A stretch of DNA of 60,000 nucleotides from Botryllus schlosseri (taxonomy: Eukaryota), in contig CM119371.1 in NCBI GenBank assembly GCA_051294905.1, positions 34,908,001-34,968,000 on the forward strand. Direction: 5' to 3'. Both the position numbers and the translations under genes were made by a program. The notes under the pieces were generated by a model. The model made no database searches. It had not been told where the DNA came from and saw only the letters and a program-made list of their open reading frames with translations. Numbering within the stretch: position 1 is the stretch's first letter; the number at the start of each line of letters is the position of its first letter. Below, piece after piece: positions 1-13,600 of this stretch.

Positions 1-160
1 ACGGAAAACAAAAGTTCTTTTCGAACAAACCTAGAACTTATTACGCTAAGTACAGTTCTATATCAAACTTTAAATGGATTTGATATTTTTTCGACCACGC
101 ACATTTCATTTTTCCCGTGTTACAATGCTGTGTGTTGGTCAAGACTTGATAGAAATGTTA

Positions 161-590
161 CCGTGGTTTTCTATGTATGTTAGGCAAAATTTCATCGATT
201 TTTTTGTCCTAAAATCGGGGAGGGGAGGGGGGTGCGTATCATGTTTGGGTAGAACAAGCCTTTAAAAAAATCTCCCTCGTAATGAAACTTGAAATCAAAC
301 CTTCATGTTTGTTTTCAATCGCGCATCGCCAAAATTAGGTCATCGATTGTTGCACAGCGTGCGGCAATCCCGCTAATTCATCGCATCAACGACAGGCCTG
401 AACAACCGCATATACGACACGCTGACCTAAACACTACAGCCGCATCTCCAACAAGCCTGGTGCGCACGACATAATCGTTGGCCCGAGCAACCGCATCTGT
501 AATAGGCCTCGTGCGCAAGATATTGTAGCTGGCCTGAACTATCGCACCGCGGGCCTAGCAGGGTTCGGCTGCTATTTACTATCGTTTAGA
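161..590. mobile_element. Partial TA-flanked MITE, same family as 23503-24430, opposite orientation
   Basis: TA-CCGTGGTTTTC start; reverse-complement similarity to 23830-24430. Confidence 0.6.
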
Positions 591-959
591 GACAATGGTT
601 GCCAACCTTTTTGGATGTCGGAGCCGTATTAAAACACACGAGTAGGCTGTAGACTTATAACGAATATTCAAAGGTAGCCAGCCTACCTCTGAATCTCACC
701 ATCCAGCCAATTCGAAAGCACACACATTGCACATAAATTTCTATAGATTCTACATCGGTTATTTTAGCGTCGATGGACGCAGATTAGCGAGTGCTCACAT
801 TGAAATTAACCGAAAATGCATATCATCACTCCAACATGCTATTATGTCGCTATGTTACACTTGCCTTTGAGCCGTTATTTTAATGTTACTGAATTTGTTT
901 AAAAATTTACTCTTCACAAAGACGATATGTAAATGTCTATGACCAGCATAACTCCAGAT

Positions 960-1385
960 TAGGGCCGTTCAAAAAAAATTTTCCTTCATATTTCACAGGC
1001 TGCTTGATAAAATTGTTAGGTTGGTTAAAAAAACGCCGCACACCAACTTTGGCTCCATTCCAACCGGTAGAAGCGAGATTCGTGCAGCTAGAAAGTTTTG
1101 AATTTATCATTAAAAAATAAAATTTCTAAATTTTTCCGCCGACCCCATAAAATTGTTAGGCTCTCAGTAGATATCATACACACCAAATTTGGCTCAATTC
1201 CAACCATTAGAAGCGAAGTTATTGTAGTAGAAAAATTTCGATTTGAATAAAATAGTATTTACTGCGACCGACTCTTTATTATTTATTATAAAATCATGGA
1301 ATTAGAAATCTTTCTACTGCAATAGCTTCGCTTCTAGTGGTCGGAATTGAGCCAAATTTGGTGTGCACCATCTCTACTGAGACGG
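960..1385. mobile_element. Truncated TAGGG-family foldback MITE
   Basis: TAGGGCCGTTCAAAA terminus and CCAAATTTGGCTCAATTCC subrepeats. Confidence 0.65.
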
Positions 1386-1542
1386 TGTTTCCTGTAATAC
1401 GCGTGGCTTTGCACTAGGTGTTACGTATGCTGCAACACAACCGATCACAGTTCACAACCTTCAACAGCGGAAAACAATATCAAAACTAGTAGTTTCGTTG
1501 GTATAATTCCACTACACAACACACGGCTAACACGCGACTCAC

Positions 1543-1687
1543 CATGGGTTTGGGATCATCGCCATCCAGCAGCCTGCGAATGTTATCGACAATGTCGCGA
1601 ACGTCGTGGTTGGGCACAAAAGTGGACCACCCCGTACCGATACCTTGAGTGCCGTTGACCAAAATCATGGGGATAATCGGACAGTAC
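1543..1687 (-). CDS. TOP2: TOP2 exon 21
   Basis: [27 protein letters not shown]. Confidence 0.95.
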
Positions 1688-4600
1688 CTGCGCACACAAA
1701 ATCAGAACCGGTAAGACACATTTTTTTCATCCGTTTTCAATCCATTATTGCGGCCGAAAATTCGCTTTCATCAAGTATACAAAGCATGCGTAAACTACGT
1801 CATGCAGAAAAGCGTTCCGGTCATATTTCCAGATATTTACTTGTTCAGTCACCACTATGAGGAGTCTGCATATATTCTAATCATCCCGGAATGCGAAATT
1901 ATACCAAAAAGTATCCGATTCGAACACTTGGAATGAAACACGGGCGTTGAAGACGCTACACACGACAATAAATAGTCCACGATACTGAAAACACTCACCA
2001 TTCCGGCTCCACTCTTTGATTATCGTCGTAGCACCAGGTGAGCACGTTGTCGTCGAGAGCTGGGAACAGCAGTCGAGTCAGTGGGCTGTATATCAAAATA
2101 TAAAAACCAATGAAAATAACCGTAAATATTTAAAAAAAGAATCAGAAAATAGGCGTCTCTTAAAACGACACTCGGAAATGAAGAAAATATCAGCATTCAC
2201 TAAAATAATCGGAAGGGTCTTTTTTTGACACGTCAAAACAAGCCAAAATTTTGTCGAAATCGTAGCCTTAGGTCAAAAATTGTCAATTACTTACTAAGGA
2301 CAGTTTCAACCAGAAATGAAGATAAATAGTGCAATTTCAACATTATGTGCGAAAACACCCAATTTGCGTACCCGAGGTCGAAATTAAGATTTTTTAGGTC
2401 AAAATCTTTAGGTTTTAGGTAAAAAATCGCCTAATAATCAGTATAATATGAATCTATAAATCATAAAAAATGATAATTGTAAAAATAATAGTCTCGTGGG
2501 AACAGTAATATCGGAAAAATGTAGTTAAATTCACAATTTTAACATCGGAACAGGTGTTCGTAAAAATATTTCTCTACCGATGTAATCGGAAAAACGACCG
2601 TTTCGTGAAAATACATTCGGTATTTTTCAAAATATCTCATAATTTGCAAACCTAAAACTTTCGCAAAATTGGTAATGGTAATTTTTTCAAACGATCTGAT
2701 AATGTGGCAAAACTAAAACATTCGCAAAATTTTGATACATGGTGCAATATGAAAAAACACAATCTGAATTTTTTTAAATTATCGGAAAATTAATCGCTAT
2801 GTGGATGACAATCGAAAAAACATAATATAAGAAAGATTGTCTCGTCAAATTACCTCAGCATTGTGAAGATGTAACGGGGCGAGGCCGCGTCTTTGCCCCC
2901 GTGCAGCCTGGTGCCAAACTGCCCGATCGGCTGCAGCAGGTTGATGTTGTTGGACCCCACGTAGTTCTGGGCCATGTTGATGATTGTCGTCATTAGAGAC
3001 GCCTGCGACAATACAATACAAACTATAGAAGGAGCTACTGTGACATGCCAGCTTTTCCAAATTTAGATTACGATCAGAATCGTAGCTACACATTTTTTTC
3101 CAAATCAGTTAACAATCAGTTATTATAGCTACATACTTTTTTTTTCCAAATTATATAATATTAGACTAGATTAGAATTGGAATTGCAGCAACAGTTTTTA
3201 TTCAAATTAGTTTGGAATTAGAATTATAGCTACAGTTTTTTTTCCAAATTAGATTAAAATCAAAATTATAGATACTCAGCCCTATTGCTTCGTACACAAT
3301 TCATGTCCGAAACCCGGGCAATAGAATAATCTCGACTGCGTCCGAGACATTCTGCGAATGGTTTCGCGTCAATAATATCGCACATTGAATATTCTTCCCC
3401 CGCGTCGCCGCACGGAAACGCTAGGACGCGGTCTGCTGATGTGCTCATTGTGATACGATTGTTGACGGATGCTTTTTTCCAATTCTCTACCAATTGCTGA
3501 CAATCAACCCTGACGAGTGTCAGCCAAAAAATATTCGGGTTCATTTCAATGTGAATATACTATTGATTATATACTATAGATTATTCCACAGGTGGAAAAA
3601 CTCCGGTAACATCAAACGAGCGGGTGCAGGTTACCAATATCCTTACCTCTCCGTGATGGTACGCAGATAATTCGGCCACAGAGCCCGCCAGCTGTGCCAC
3701 TTTGACCTCGCGCTTATCGTTCCTCTTGAGGCACGTGAACAGCACTTTCCTCTGACCCGGTTTCAGCCCTGGAGGAAGTAGAACATTGCGTCGGCACACG
3801 CTCAATTCGGGGCATGCCTTTCAAGAGCTCTACGTATCGGAACTGTAACGATTCTGGTCATATTTTCAGTATTGCGCTTCAAACACTGCGGACAGCGTCA
3901 GATAGACAGTAAGCAAACGTTATCATCCCAGAACGCTACCACAACCAGCACACAATACTCACGGCGCAAAGCAACAAGATCAGCACTTTTAAATCTTTTG
4001 AATCGAGCGTTTCAAGCTACGAATGACTCGAACCAAGTCGTAAGACTCGAGACTCAGACGGCCAAATGCAAATCATTCGATATCACCAAACGGAGTTATG
4101 AAAAGTGGGTTTACAAGACTTTATCCGGAAACTGAGCGGTAAACACAACGACTTGGACTCGAGTCATATTACCATGACTCGGACTCGACCCTCTGCTCGC
4201 TGACTTGACTCGGTGGCGGGTTAAAATGACTCGACTTGACTCGAGTCAAAACTAAAAAAGTGAGATTGGCTTGCGACTCGCAGCCTAGTGACTCGATTAC
4301 AGCCCCGCCCTCTACCCCATCTCCGAGTTGGACTCCACCCTCTTAAAATCCCTTATTTTCTTCAAGAGAGAGTAAACCGCTCATCACTTATTCTCAAGGA
4401 CCGGAATCTTTACAATTAACCATTCATAATACTAGAATATGACCCCGCATTTAGTCGTCGATAGCTCACCAAAACATGTTTGTGATTCAGTTCCTCTGTC
4501 GGTACTGAATATACCAAAATTTATGTTTCAATATACCTAACTGGCATATGCTTATGTGTACACAGAAGTTTCACAGGCAAGATTATATGATCCTTGTGGC

Positions 4601-7600
4601 ATTGCCATCTGTACATGGATTTAAACCGATTAGTCTACTCTAATTTAGAACATAGTCTGTCTCCAAAACATGCCTTCTCTGCCCTTTTTTGTTTTACCAC
4701 TTGGTAGCACTAGCACTGTCAATTTCTTTTCTAGCACAAGTTTTGTTCAAATTTGCCTAAAAATGCAAAACTAAAGCAAAGCTACTCGCATACATCGTGT
4801 ATATACCAGACTCACCGTCGAGTAACGAAGGCAAGGACCTCTCCACGTCCGCGCAAGAGTACAGGATCAGTTCCCTGTTGACAAACTCCGAGTAGGTCAG
4901 CGACTTTACGTTAGCGTTGTACAGCACGTCCTCGGGACGCCCGTCCTCTCTCCGCTGCCGCCTGGACGCCATAAAGTTGGACAGCCACTCCTTGCGGTCG
5001 TCTGCGCGCTTCTTGTTGAAGGCCTGGGCGTGATTTCAAGTTACTTCATCATGCTCACAATATATACAAATCGCAAAAAAGAAGGTAGTTCCGCATAAAA
5101 GACAGTCGGGCTGAAATGGAATCGGTCAAAAAACGCAACCGTCGGGGCAAGTAACCCGACTCCCGATTTTCTGATGACTCAACGGGAGCCATTGCGCATG
5201 ACTCGAACCAAGTCACACGACTCAGACGGCCAAGACCGACATTTCATTGTAATTTTGAAGAATACTAAAGTAACCACACTATCGGGATTTCGTCTATTGC
5301 CACTGGTACTTGAAAATGCGACCAGAAACTGCTAAAAGTAAGGAAAACTTGTATACTATAACTTCGAACCATTCGATATCACCAAACAGAGTTATAAAAA
5401 GTGGGTTTAACAAGACTTTACTGGAAACCGAGCAGTCAACACTATGACTGGACTCGGTGGCGAATTAAAAATGACTCGACTTGTCTCGAGTCAAAACTAT
5501 ACAAGAGAGATTGACTTGCGACTCGAAGCCTTGGGACTTGGCAACAACCCTGCTGTGGGAAAGCCAAGAATTGTTCACGAAAACCTAACGTACCTTCGCT
5601 TCTACGGGTGGGAATCGCTTCAAATTTGTTTCGGACCGTTTTCGTAGACAGCTCACACTTTAACAGGGTTGAAAGTAATATTTTAATTCACAAATTTCAA
5701 TTGTCAAAAAAAATCCAAATTTCAAAACGGACTCTCGATATTTGGTCCCAAGTCTAAAATGAACAACTTCTATCATGATTTCAGCTTCTTGCGGCCTCTA
5801 GTGACAGAGTAATTTCACCAAACGAGCCGAAAACTGCTAACTTTGCCGTATCTTGACGACCGCTTATGCTAGAAAGCCAGCGTTGGGTTTAAAATCTGCG
5901 GAAGCGACACGTTCGTCTTGGGAATGTCCGCAAAACACCCACCAAATCGATATTCCCGTCGTCGTCAGGGCCGCCGTATTTGAACCGGATCCTGTGGCGC
6001 GCCATGTCCGCGAAATATTCTTTCGCCTCCTTCGCGGTCGACGTGCCCAAACCTGCCAAAAAGCGGAGATCAGTCCCGGTCCAAGAGAGCGTTTCCACAG
6101 CAGACTCATTCCATTATGATTTGGCAAATTTTCTGACATTTGTAACGCACACCCTCAGAATAGTCCGTTATTTACATTTTTCGAATTCCGAGTAAGCAAA
6201 TTGTACTTTGAAGCAGTGTGGTTGATATAAAATTGGATTTTAAAAACAAACTCGACAATCGCTCGGTGTATCGCACCGACACGAAACTTCATTCAAAGAC
6301 AGCGGGTTCGAATCCAAATCCGCGATATCGGAAAATACAAACCTTTGTAGTACTTTACTTTCCAGGATTTCGAGTTTGCCGTGGAATTCTCCCAGTCCTC
6401 AAACTCCGGGACGGAATAGAACGACAGCACCTGGCTGCCCTTCGACACCTTGACGATGGGCGTGATGAACTCTTCCACCACCCTGAACGAAACGCAAAAA
6501 CAGTGTCAGGGCTATTTTTGGCAATACGATAGTTGATATACAACGTCCTTTCCAATTCTCTACTAGTCGCTGACGATTGCCCCTGACGAGTTTCAGGTTG
6601 ATTTCAATATAAATATAGTAATAAATACCTATTGCAAAGCGATTGCAAGCCAAAAATTAAACACTAGAGACCGATTTTTGTCAGAAAATCAGGAAAATTG
6701 TGCATTGCGATGGACCGGCCCATATCTAGTTCCGACGGACAAGAGAGTGTTGCACACTAGATTTAGACAACCAGATAATTCTAGGTTTTAGTCAAACTGA
6801 TTACAGCAAAATGTCTGAATTATAATTACAATCTAAATTTGTGAAATGTTTTTATGCTTCAATTTTAATTCTAAAAAAGCTCTCAAGTCAATCTCGCTTT
6901 GACAGTTTCGACTCGAGTCAAGTCATTTTCAATTCATCAAGTCCGAGTCCAAGTCAGCGAGCAGAGGGTCGAGTTCGAGTCACTGCGTTGACTGCTCAGT
7001 TTTGAGTTAAAGTCTTGATGAAACCACTTTTTATAACACTGTTCGGTGACATCGAATGGTTCGCAGTTAAAATACACTGATTTTCCTCACTTTTAGGGGT
7101 TTCTGGTCGCATTTTCAAGTACCAGTACCAATAGACGAAATCTCGATAGTATGGTTACCAAACTATTCTTCGAAATTACAATGAAATGTCGGTCTTGGCC
7201 GGCTGAGACTCAGAGTCACGCGCAATGACTCAAGTCCAAGTTGAGTCAATACACAGATCAAGTCGAGTCATTTCCGTATTTTGAGACCTCAAGTCGAGTC
7301 ATTACAACCCTGTGATGGTAATTTTAGACTATCATATTTGGAACGGGGTGCCGACAGCAGACGATACAGATAATATCAACGTTGCTTCAACACCATATTA
7401 AACGTCCACTTGATAAGTAATGATTTTATTCATCACACGAACTTTTAAAGGACCGCTCCTTCATCAAGAAGATTTAGAATTTAAATGTAGTAAGCTAAAT
7501 GCAACGCCTTCCATACAGATGGAAATTTTGCACCGGCGTACCGCGGTTTAATATGCCCTGCGTATGAAACCTGCCGGTAGTTATGCATTCACCGACAGGG

Positions 7601-10600
7601 CAGAAAACAGGGCCTGTGTTTTCATCAATTCGTAATTTGTGTCTATTTCCTGAGTTTTTACGAATTCAGTAGTTCTATTCTAATACAATTCGAAAAAACT
7701 GCAGGTATAATTCAAATTCTAATCTAAACTTGGCACGTCCGAAAATATCTCAGGTGTCCAACTCTTCCATACATAATCAGGTACGCCTACCAGGGTTGCA
7801 ATGACTCGATGCGCAAAATGACTAGACTCGAGTCGTTGCGCATGACTCGGTGCCCAAGTCATATGACTCGAGACTAGGACGGCCAAGACAGACATCTCGT
7901 AACTTCGAATAGTTAGTCGCTACAATATCGGTATTTCGTCTATCAGTACTGATACTTGGAAAATAAGGTCAGAAACTGCTAAGACTGAGGAAAATTACGA
8001 TATTATGAATGCGAGCCATTCTATATAACTCGAGCAGAGTTGAAAAATGTGGATTGAACTCAGAACTGAACAGTAGGGTTGTCCATAATTTGGAAAATCT
8101 CAAAATTTATGCGTATCCATGTCTCATTCTATAGATTATACTTGAAAAACGTCAATGAACCTGCAATAAGCTCACAGAAAAGTCGTTAACATTTGTCTAA
8201 ATGCGTTTCAAAGTAGCTGCCGTAGATTGGGCGTGTCAGCGACCATAGAGCGGCAAGCAGACTAGTAATCACAAAATCACGGCGTTAGATTGACTAATCT
8301 GCTATGCTTCAATGATCACGATGTTGGCGGCTTGTTGATCAGCTGGTCAAGGAGTCGGCTGATGGCGGTGATTCTGTCAGTGCATTGTCGGTTGGTCCGC
8401 AACTAATGATTTAGGATTAATTCAGAACATGTTGAGTAACGAAATACATGATGAACTATAAGAACAGCTGCTTCACAATATCTTTAAATACATGACTGGA
8501 TGGCTTATTGCGCAGGTAACCGCTGTAGCCTGTATGCCTTGATTTCATTGATGGAAAGCAAAAAAACACACGGAAAAATACTGCAAAGGCTCTTATGCAA
8601 GTGGCAAACGAATTTCTAGTTTCAGAGGGGATGTACCATCATTGAATACAACTATAAAGCTTGACATTGACACTGCTTTGTCTGATCTTATTAGGCTGTT
8701 GTCGTGGTACATAATTGAAGTCTTGAATGCTGTAAGGGCTGGATGAACCAGTCATTTACGCTTGGCACTTGTCAGATTCCAGCATAACGAATCATACCCG
8801 CAAGTGCTATCAAAGTCCTCAATGATGCCGGGCAAAGAGGTCTAAAGATAAGCAAAAACTGTGTGGTAGGACCAGCAAAAAGACAGTTTGCTTGCATTGC
8901 TTAGCATGTCCTTAATGAATGTTAGATCATTACCGGCTGCATAACGACTAATGCTTGAATCAAACCAGACATGGACAAAAAAGGATGGATTGAAGCGGTG
9001 CGGTAGTTACACTCTTCTTGGGAAATCCAATGTAAGCTACCTGGTCGGCCCACATATCTTCTGAGCATACGGGATTGTGTCCAGCATCCATCTCACATGT
9101 TATGCTGCACCAGTTTGGTGATGTCTAATATGCCTTACCTGCACCCAGAAAAGCAGGACCACTTGGCGTAATCTCAAGCATATAATATATGTATTTCTTG
9201 GATCTATACTTAGTTCTATAAGTTCACAATTATTCGCTGCTTCACCTCTGTCATGCCTGTAAGAGGCTATTGCTGCTCTAGACCTATCGTTACCTAGTTT
9301 TAACACTAAAACATTCAATGACCGGATGTCTCATTTTATTATTAAATCACCAATGTACAATGCGCTTACATAATCATTGCCGTTAGCGATCTCCTTGGAC
9401 TAATAGAAGCACATAATCAGCAAGCCGCTGTGGTCGTGATCATTCAAGCATAGCTGAATAACCAATCAAGAGACGTGATTTTGTCATTACTGGTCTTCTC
9501 GTCGTTCTATGGTTGCTAACACGCCCACTCTACGGCAGCTTCTTTCAGACGCATTTAGACAAATGTTACCGACTTTACTATGAGCTTATTGCAGGCTCAT
9601 TGACGTTTTTTATAAATTATCTACAGAATGAGACATGGATACGCATATATTTTGAGATTTTTCAAATTATGGACAACCCTACTGAACAGTCAACACTATG
9701 ACTCGGACTCGACCCTCTACTAGACTCGGGTTGACTGGTGAATTGAAAATGACTCGACTTGACTCGAGTAAAACTATAAAAATGAGATCGAGTCGCGACT
9801 CGGAACCTTGCGACTTGGCTGCAAAATCAGGTACGCCTACCTTTGATGCAGCAGTTTGGGCCAGTTGGCGTGGATGAAGTTGATCAGCAGGCCTTTGATG
9901 TGAGACCCGTCGTGATCCTGAAACACAGAGACGATAACATATTGTTCCGCACGCAACCGACTACGTCCTCGCGGCCGGAGATAACCCCCGTTCAGACAGT
10001 ATGAATACAGTTCAGCAGTCATGTACCCGCGCAAGGTATACTGCACCGAAGTCTAATCATTCAGGGTGATGCTGATTTTTCAATGCCTATCTCAACACAG
10101 GGTTAGAATCAAGGCCGTTACCTGATCTGTCATAATCATCAGTCTCCCGTAACGCAGACTCTTAACGTCCGTCTCGTCGGCGTACTGTTTGGTGTACTGC
10201 AGGCCCATGATCTTGATAATGTTGTTGATCTCGCTGTTCTGCATGATCTGCCAAGCACAAAATAGTCTCGTCTACAATTCCATGTAAATTATAGGGTTGG
10301 GAACAACAATTCACGCGCCTCGAGTCTGCTTTGCAGAGCACCGAAACTTATGAAGTCATATTTAGCGACAAACTTTAAATATGCCATGTTCTTTTCAATT
10401 CTCTACTAGTCGCCGACAATTGACCCCTGTAAATATTCGGGATTGTTTCAATATGAATAAGGGCTGTTGAAAAAAAACTTTTCCTTCAGATTTCACTAGC
10501 TACTTGATATAATTGGCAGGCTGGTTAAAAAAAACGGTGCACACCAAATCTGGCTCATTTCCTACCACCAGAAGCAAAGTTATTGCGGTGGAAAAATTTG

Positions 10601-13600
10601 GATTTGAATAAAATAGTATTTACAATGACCAACTCTTCAATCACTTATTATGAAATCATGGAATCGCAAATCTTTCTACCGAAATAACTTCGCTGCCGTC
10701 GGCTGGAATTGAGTCAAATTTGGTGTGTATCATTAGGGGTTTTCAAAAATGACTTTTTTTCTCAAATCGTACCAGGCTACTTGATAAAATTGTTAGGTTA
10801 CCTAATTTAAGCCTACACACTAAATTTGGTTCAATTCCAAACATTTGAAAATTGTCTTTTCACCCCATGAAAGTGTTAGGTTGTGTATAGAAACGATGTT
10901 CACCAAATTTGGTTCAATTCCAACCAGCGAAAGCGGAGTTATTGCCATCGAAAAATTTGGATCATGAATAAAATAGTATTTACGATTACCCATTCTTCAA
11001 TTATTTATTGTAGTGTAAATACTAAATACTATTTTATTCAAATCCAAATTTTTCGACAGCAATAACTTCGCTTCCGTCGGCTGGAATTGAACCAAATTTG
11101 ATGACCATCGTTTCTATAGACAACCTAACACTTTCATGGGGTTAACAGAAAATTTTCAAATTTTTTGTTATTTATTTTTATGTAATAAATAGAAACTTTC
11201 TTCTCCTGTAGCAATGCGGCCACTGGTTGGAATGGAACCGAATTTGGTGCGTAAGCTTAAATTAGGTAACCTAACAATTTCATCAAGTAGCCTGGTACGA
11301 TTTGAGAAAAAATTCATTTTTGAAGACCCCTACTGACTAGCCTAACAATTTTATCGGGTCAACTGAAAAATTTTGAAATTTTTTTTTTCATTTTTTAACG
11401 ATAGATTCAAAACGTTTTACTGAAGTCTGAAGGAAGAGTTTGATTTTGAACAGCCCTAACGAATATATCGTTCAATCGCATATCAAAGTTCTATAACTTA
11501 AAGACTCTCGCCAAAACTTGAAACAATCTAGGTCATACAGTATGAATACTTGTACATTCATCGACAAAACACTTTGCCTTCCGCCATCCGATATAATCAT
11601 TCCCAGACATAGCCTAGCTTAAATCAAGGGAGGGGGCAAAAATCGGACCCACCTGATTGTGGGTGGCATCCCGCACGTTGAGCACCTTACCCCGCAGCGG
11701 AAACACCCCGAATTTATCCCGGCCCACCACCGAGAGCCCCGACACGGCCAGCGTCTTGGCCGAGTCTCCCTCGGTCAGGATCAGGGTGCAGTCCTCGGAG
11801 AGCCTGGTGCCGGCGTCGTTGGCGTCGTCAAGTTTTGGAATACCTACGAAAAAATATATGGTTGAAAAAATGGAATTAAAAATAATATTTAAATTGATAA
11901 TAATGATGGCAAAACGGAAAACTTAGTGTCAAGTTTTGCAATACCTCGACTTTATCAACCACTTGAAACAATAAACAATGATCGTAAAAAGACAACCTCC
12001 CGTCGTCAAGTTTCAGAATACCATTCTAAAATATTATTATTAAAAAATAATTTCAAGATGTTAATAAAACAACAGGTATTGAAAAATAAACATCTATGGC
12101 AAAGGGACAACAATGTCCCTAATAAAAAATACACTATTTTTTTCTTTTTAATTCGTTTAGAATCGAGAATTATAGCTATAAAGTGTTTTTTCCAAATAGA
12201 TTGAAATTATAATTATAGCTACAGTTTTTTGTAAATTAGATTAGAATTAGAATCAGCTATAATTTCTTTACAAAATCAGTTTAGAATTACATTTACAGCC
12301 ACACAGTTTTTTTCCAAATTAGATTAGAATCAGAATTATAGCTATAGTTTCTTTCCAAATTAGTTTAGAATTACATTTATAGCCACACAGTTTTTTTCCA
12401 AATTAGATTAGAATCAGAATTATAGCTATAGTTTCTTTACAAATTACTTCAGAATTACATTTATAGCTACACAGTTTTTTCCAAATTAGATTAGAATCAG
12501 AATTATAGCTAAAGTTTCTTTCCAAATTAGTTTAGAATTACATTTATAGCCACAGTTTTTTTCCAAATTAGAATAGAATCAGAACTATAGCTATAGTTTC
12601 TTTCCAAATTAGTTTAGAATCACAATTATTGCCTCACATACAATTCATGTACGAAACCCGGGCAATAGAATAATTTCGACTGTGTCCGAGACATTCTGCG
12701 AATGGTTTCAAGTAATGTCGCACATTGGATATTCTTCCCCCGCGTCGCCGCACGGAAACGCAAGGGCGCGGTCTGCTGATGTGCAAGATACCAAAAAATT
12801 TAACCGTCAAACTATTGAAACAACCTCGAATAATTTCGACCGACACTCATCGGGGGGGGGCAATCATCATTTGTGTGTCAACAATCGTATAACAAAACAT
12901 AACTCCACAGTAGTAGGGTTACAGCCTGTTGCCTTTTGCATCAACTGTTTTATTAAAGATTAACAATTTTTGCTGAAAGAAAGCAAACGATGAAAGATGA
13001 CAAAAGGAACAAGCTTGAAATTATTGGAAAATAATTAATAAATTTAAAAAATCCTAATTTAAAACAAACAGATCGCAAAAAATGACGCGGTCCGACCTTT
13101 GATCTTGTTCGATTTCGCCCCGGACATTTTCTTGGACATCTGCGACAGCGTCTTAAACTTCACCCAGTTCATGATGCCGTCCACTATACCGCACGAAGAG
13201 GCCTGCCAACACAAATCACATTTGACACATCTCATAACGTTACCGAGCATCAGGGTTGTAAATTAAAATTGTAAATTTGGAAAATTGACTCAAGTCGAGT
13301 CATTACAACTTGTAATGACTCGACTTGAGTCAATTTTCCAAATGCGTATAACGACTCGAGTCAATTCGTGCATTGACTGGATTTGCACTCGAGCCCATTG
13401 TGAATGACTCACCAAGTCATATGACTAGAGACTAGGACGGCCAAGACAGACATTTCATTGTAACTTATAAGGACGCTAAATTTACCATGTTATTGGTATA
13501 CCGTCTATCAGTCCTGATACTTGGAAAACAGGGCCAGAAACTGTTAAGGGGAGTAGCAAGCCAAAATTTAGAAAAAACATCAAAATTTTCACAATTTATT

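Noticed and set aside
4550..4680. Possible H/ACA RNA in intron 17
   Set aside because: One hairpin plus ACA, but no convincing H box
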